From positions 188,978,001 through 189,042,000 of the forward strand of contig NC_086097.1 of the NCBI RefSeq assembly GCF_963921235.1: 64,000 nucleotides of DNA, read 5' to 3'. Origin of the DNA: Mobula hypostoma (lineage: Eukaryota). The notes under the pieces are model-generated. The model did no database searches. It saw only the letters and a list, made by a program, of their open reading frames with translations, and was not told the DNA's origin. Positions within the stretch are counted from its first letter, which is position 1. The number at the start of each line of letters is the position of its first letter. Below are positions 63,588 to 64,000 of the stretch, in pieces. The position numbers were made by a program, and so were the translations under genes.

Positions 63588-63963
63588 ACGCAAACAACAG
63601 GAATTCTGCAGATGCTGGAAATTCAAGCAACACACATAAAAGTTGCTGGTGAACGCAGCAGGCCAGGCAGCATCTCTAGGAAGAGGTGCAGTCGACGTTT
63701 CAGGCCGAGACCCTTCGTCAGGACTAACTGAAAGAAGAGATAGTAAGAGATTTGAAAGTGGGGGGGGGGGAGATCTGAGATGATAGGAGAAGACAGGAGG
63801 GGGAGGGATGGAGCCAAGAGCTGGACAGTCGACATTTCAGGCCGAGACCCTTCGTCAGAACTAGTACCTCTTCCTAGAGATGCTGCCTGGCCTGCTGCGT
63901 TCACCAGCAACTTTGATGTGTGTTACTTGAATTTCTAGCATCTGCAGAATTCCTGTTGTTTAT
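63588..63963. mobile_element. Penelope-derived ~375-bp fold-back mini-element with two same-strand hammerhead motifs
   Basis: ~100-bp inverted termini, both including the tail. Minus-strand hammerheads at 63690-63725 and 63827-63862. Confidence 0.88.
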
Positions 63964-64000
63964 GTATTTATACTGTAATTTTTGTGGTTTTTATTATTGA

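Noticed and set aside
1..64000. Prokaryotic systems (CRISPR, retron, DGR, operons), tRNA or rRNA genes
   Set aside because: No repeat-spacer array, operon-like gene density or recognisable structural RNA gene was seen. All recognisable RT fragments are CR1, Rex1, Gypsy or Penelope type.

Overview
Eukaryotic, transposon-dense, apparently intronic or intergenic DNA. The repeat repertoire (many CR1 LINEs, Neptune-type Penelope-like elements, Rex1/Babar LINEs, Gypsy LTR remnants, Tc1/Tigger/hAT relics) suggests a vertebrate, most likely a cartilaginous fish; this is an inference. No host protein-coding gene could be identified with confidence, and the recognisable ORFs are retroelement fragments or their antisense frames. 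Three things stand out. (1) Penelope-like elements occur as head-to-head fold-back insertions with long target-site duplications (TSDs), including a near-perfect 2.8-kb palindrome at 48370-51197, and their ends carry minimal hammerhead ribozyme motifs. (2) Three different non-coding RTE-like retroposon families have 5' ends that fold by eye into HDV-like ribozymes: a near-canonical one at 59243-59449, and variants with a hairpin inserted in loop L3 at 124-294, ~8677-8854 and 34339-34503. In the two TSD-bounded copies the element begins at the predicted cleavage site. (3) Insertions are deeply nested: a Gypsy element carries a Penelope palindrome and a solo LTR, which in turn carries a CR1. All structures were read by eye and are untested.
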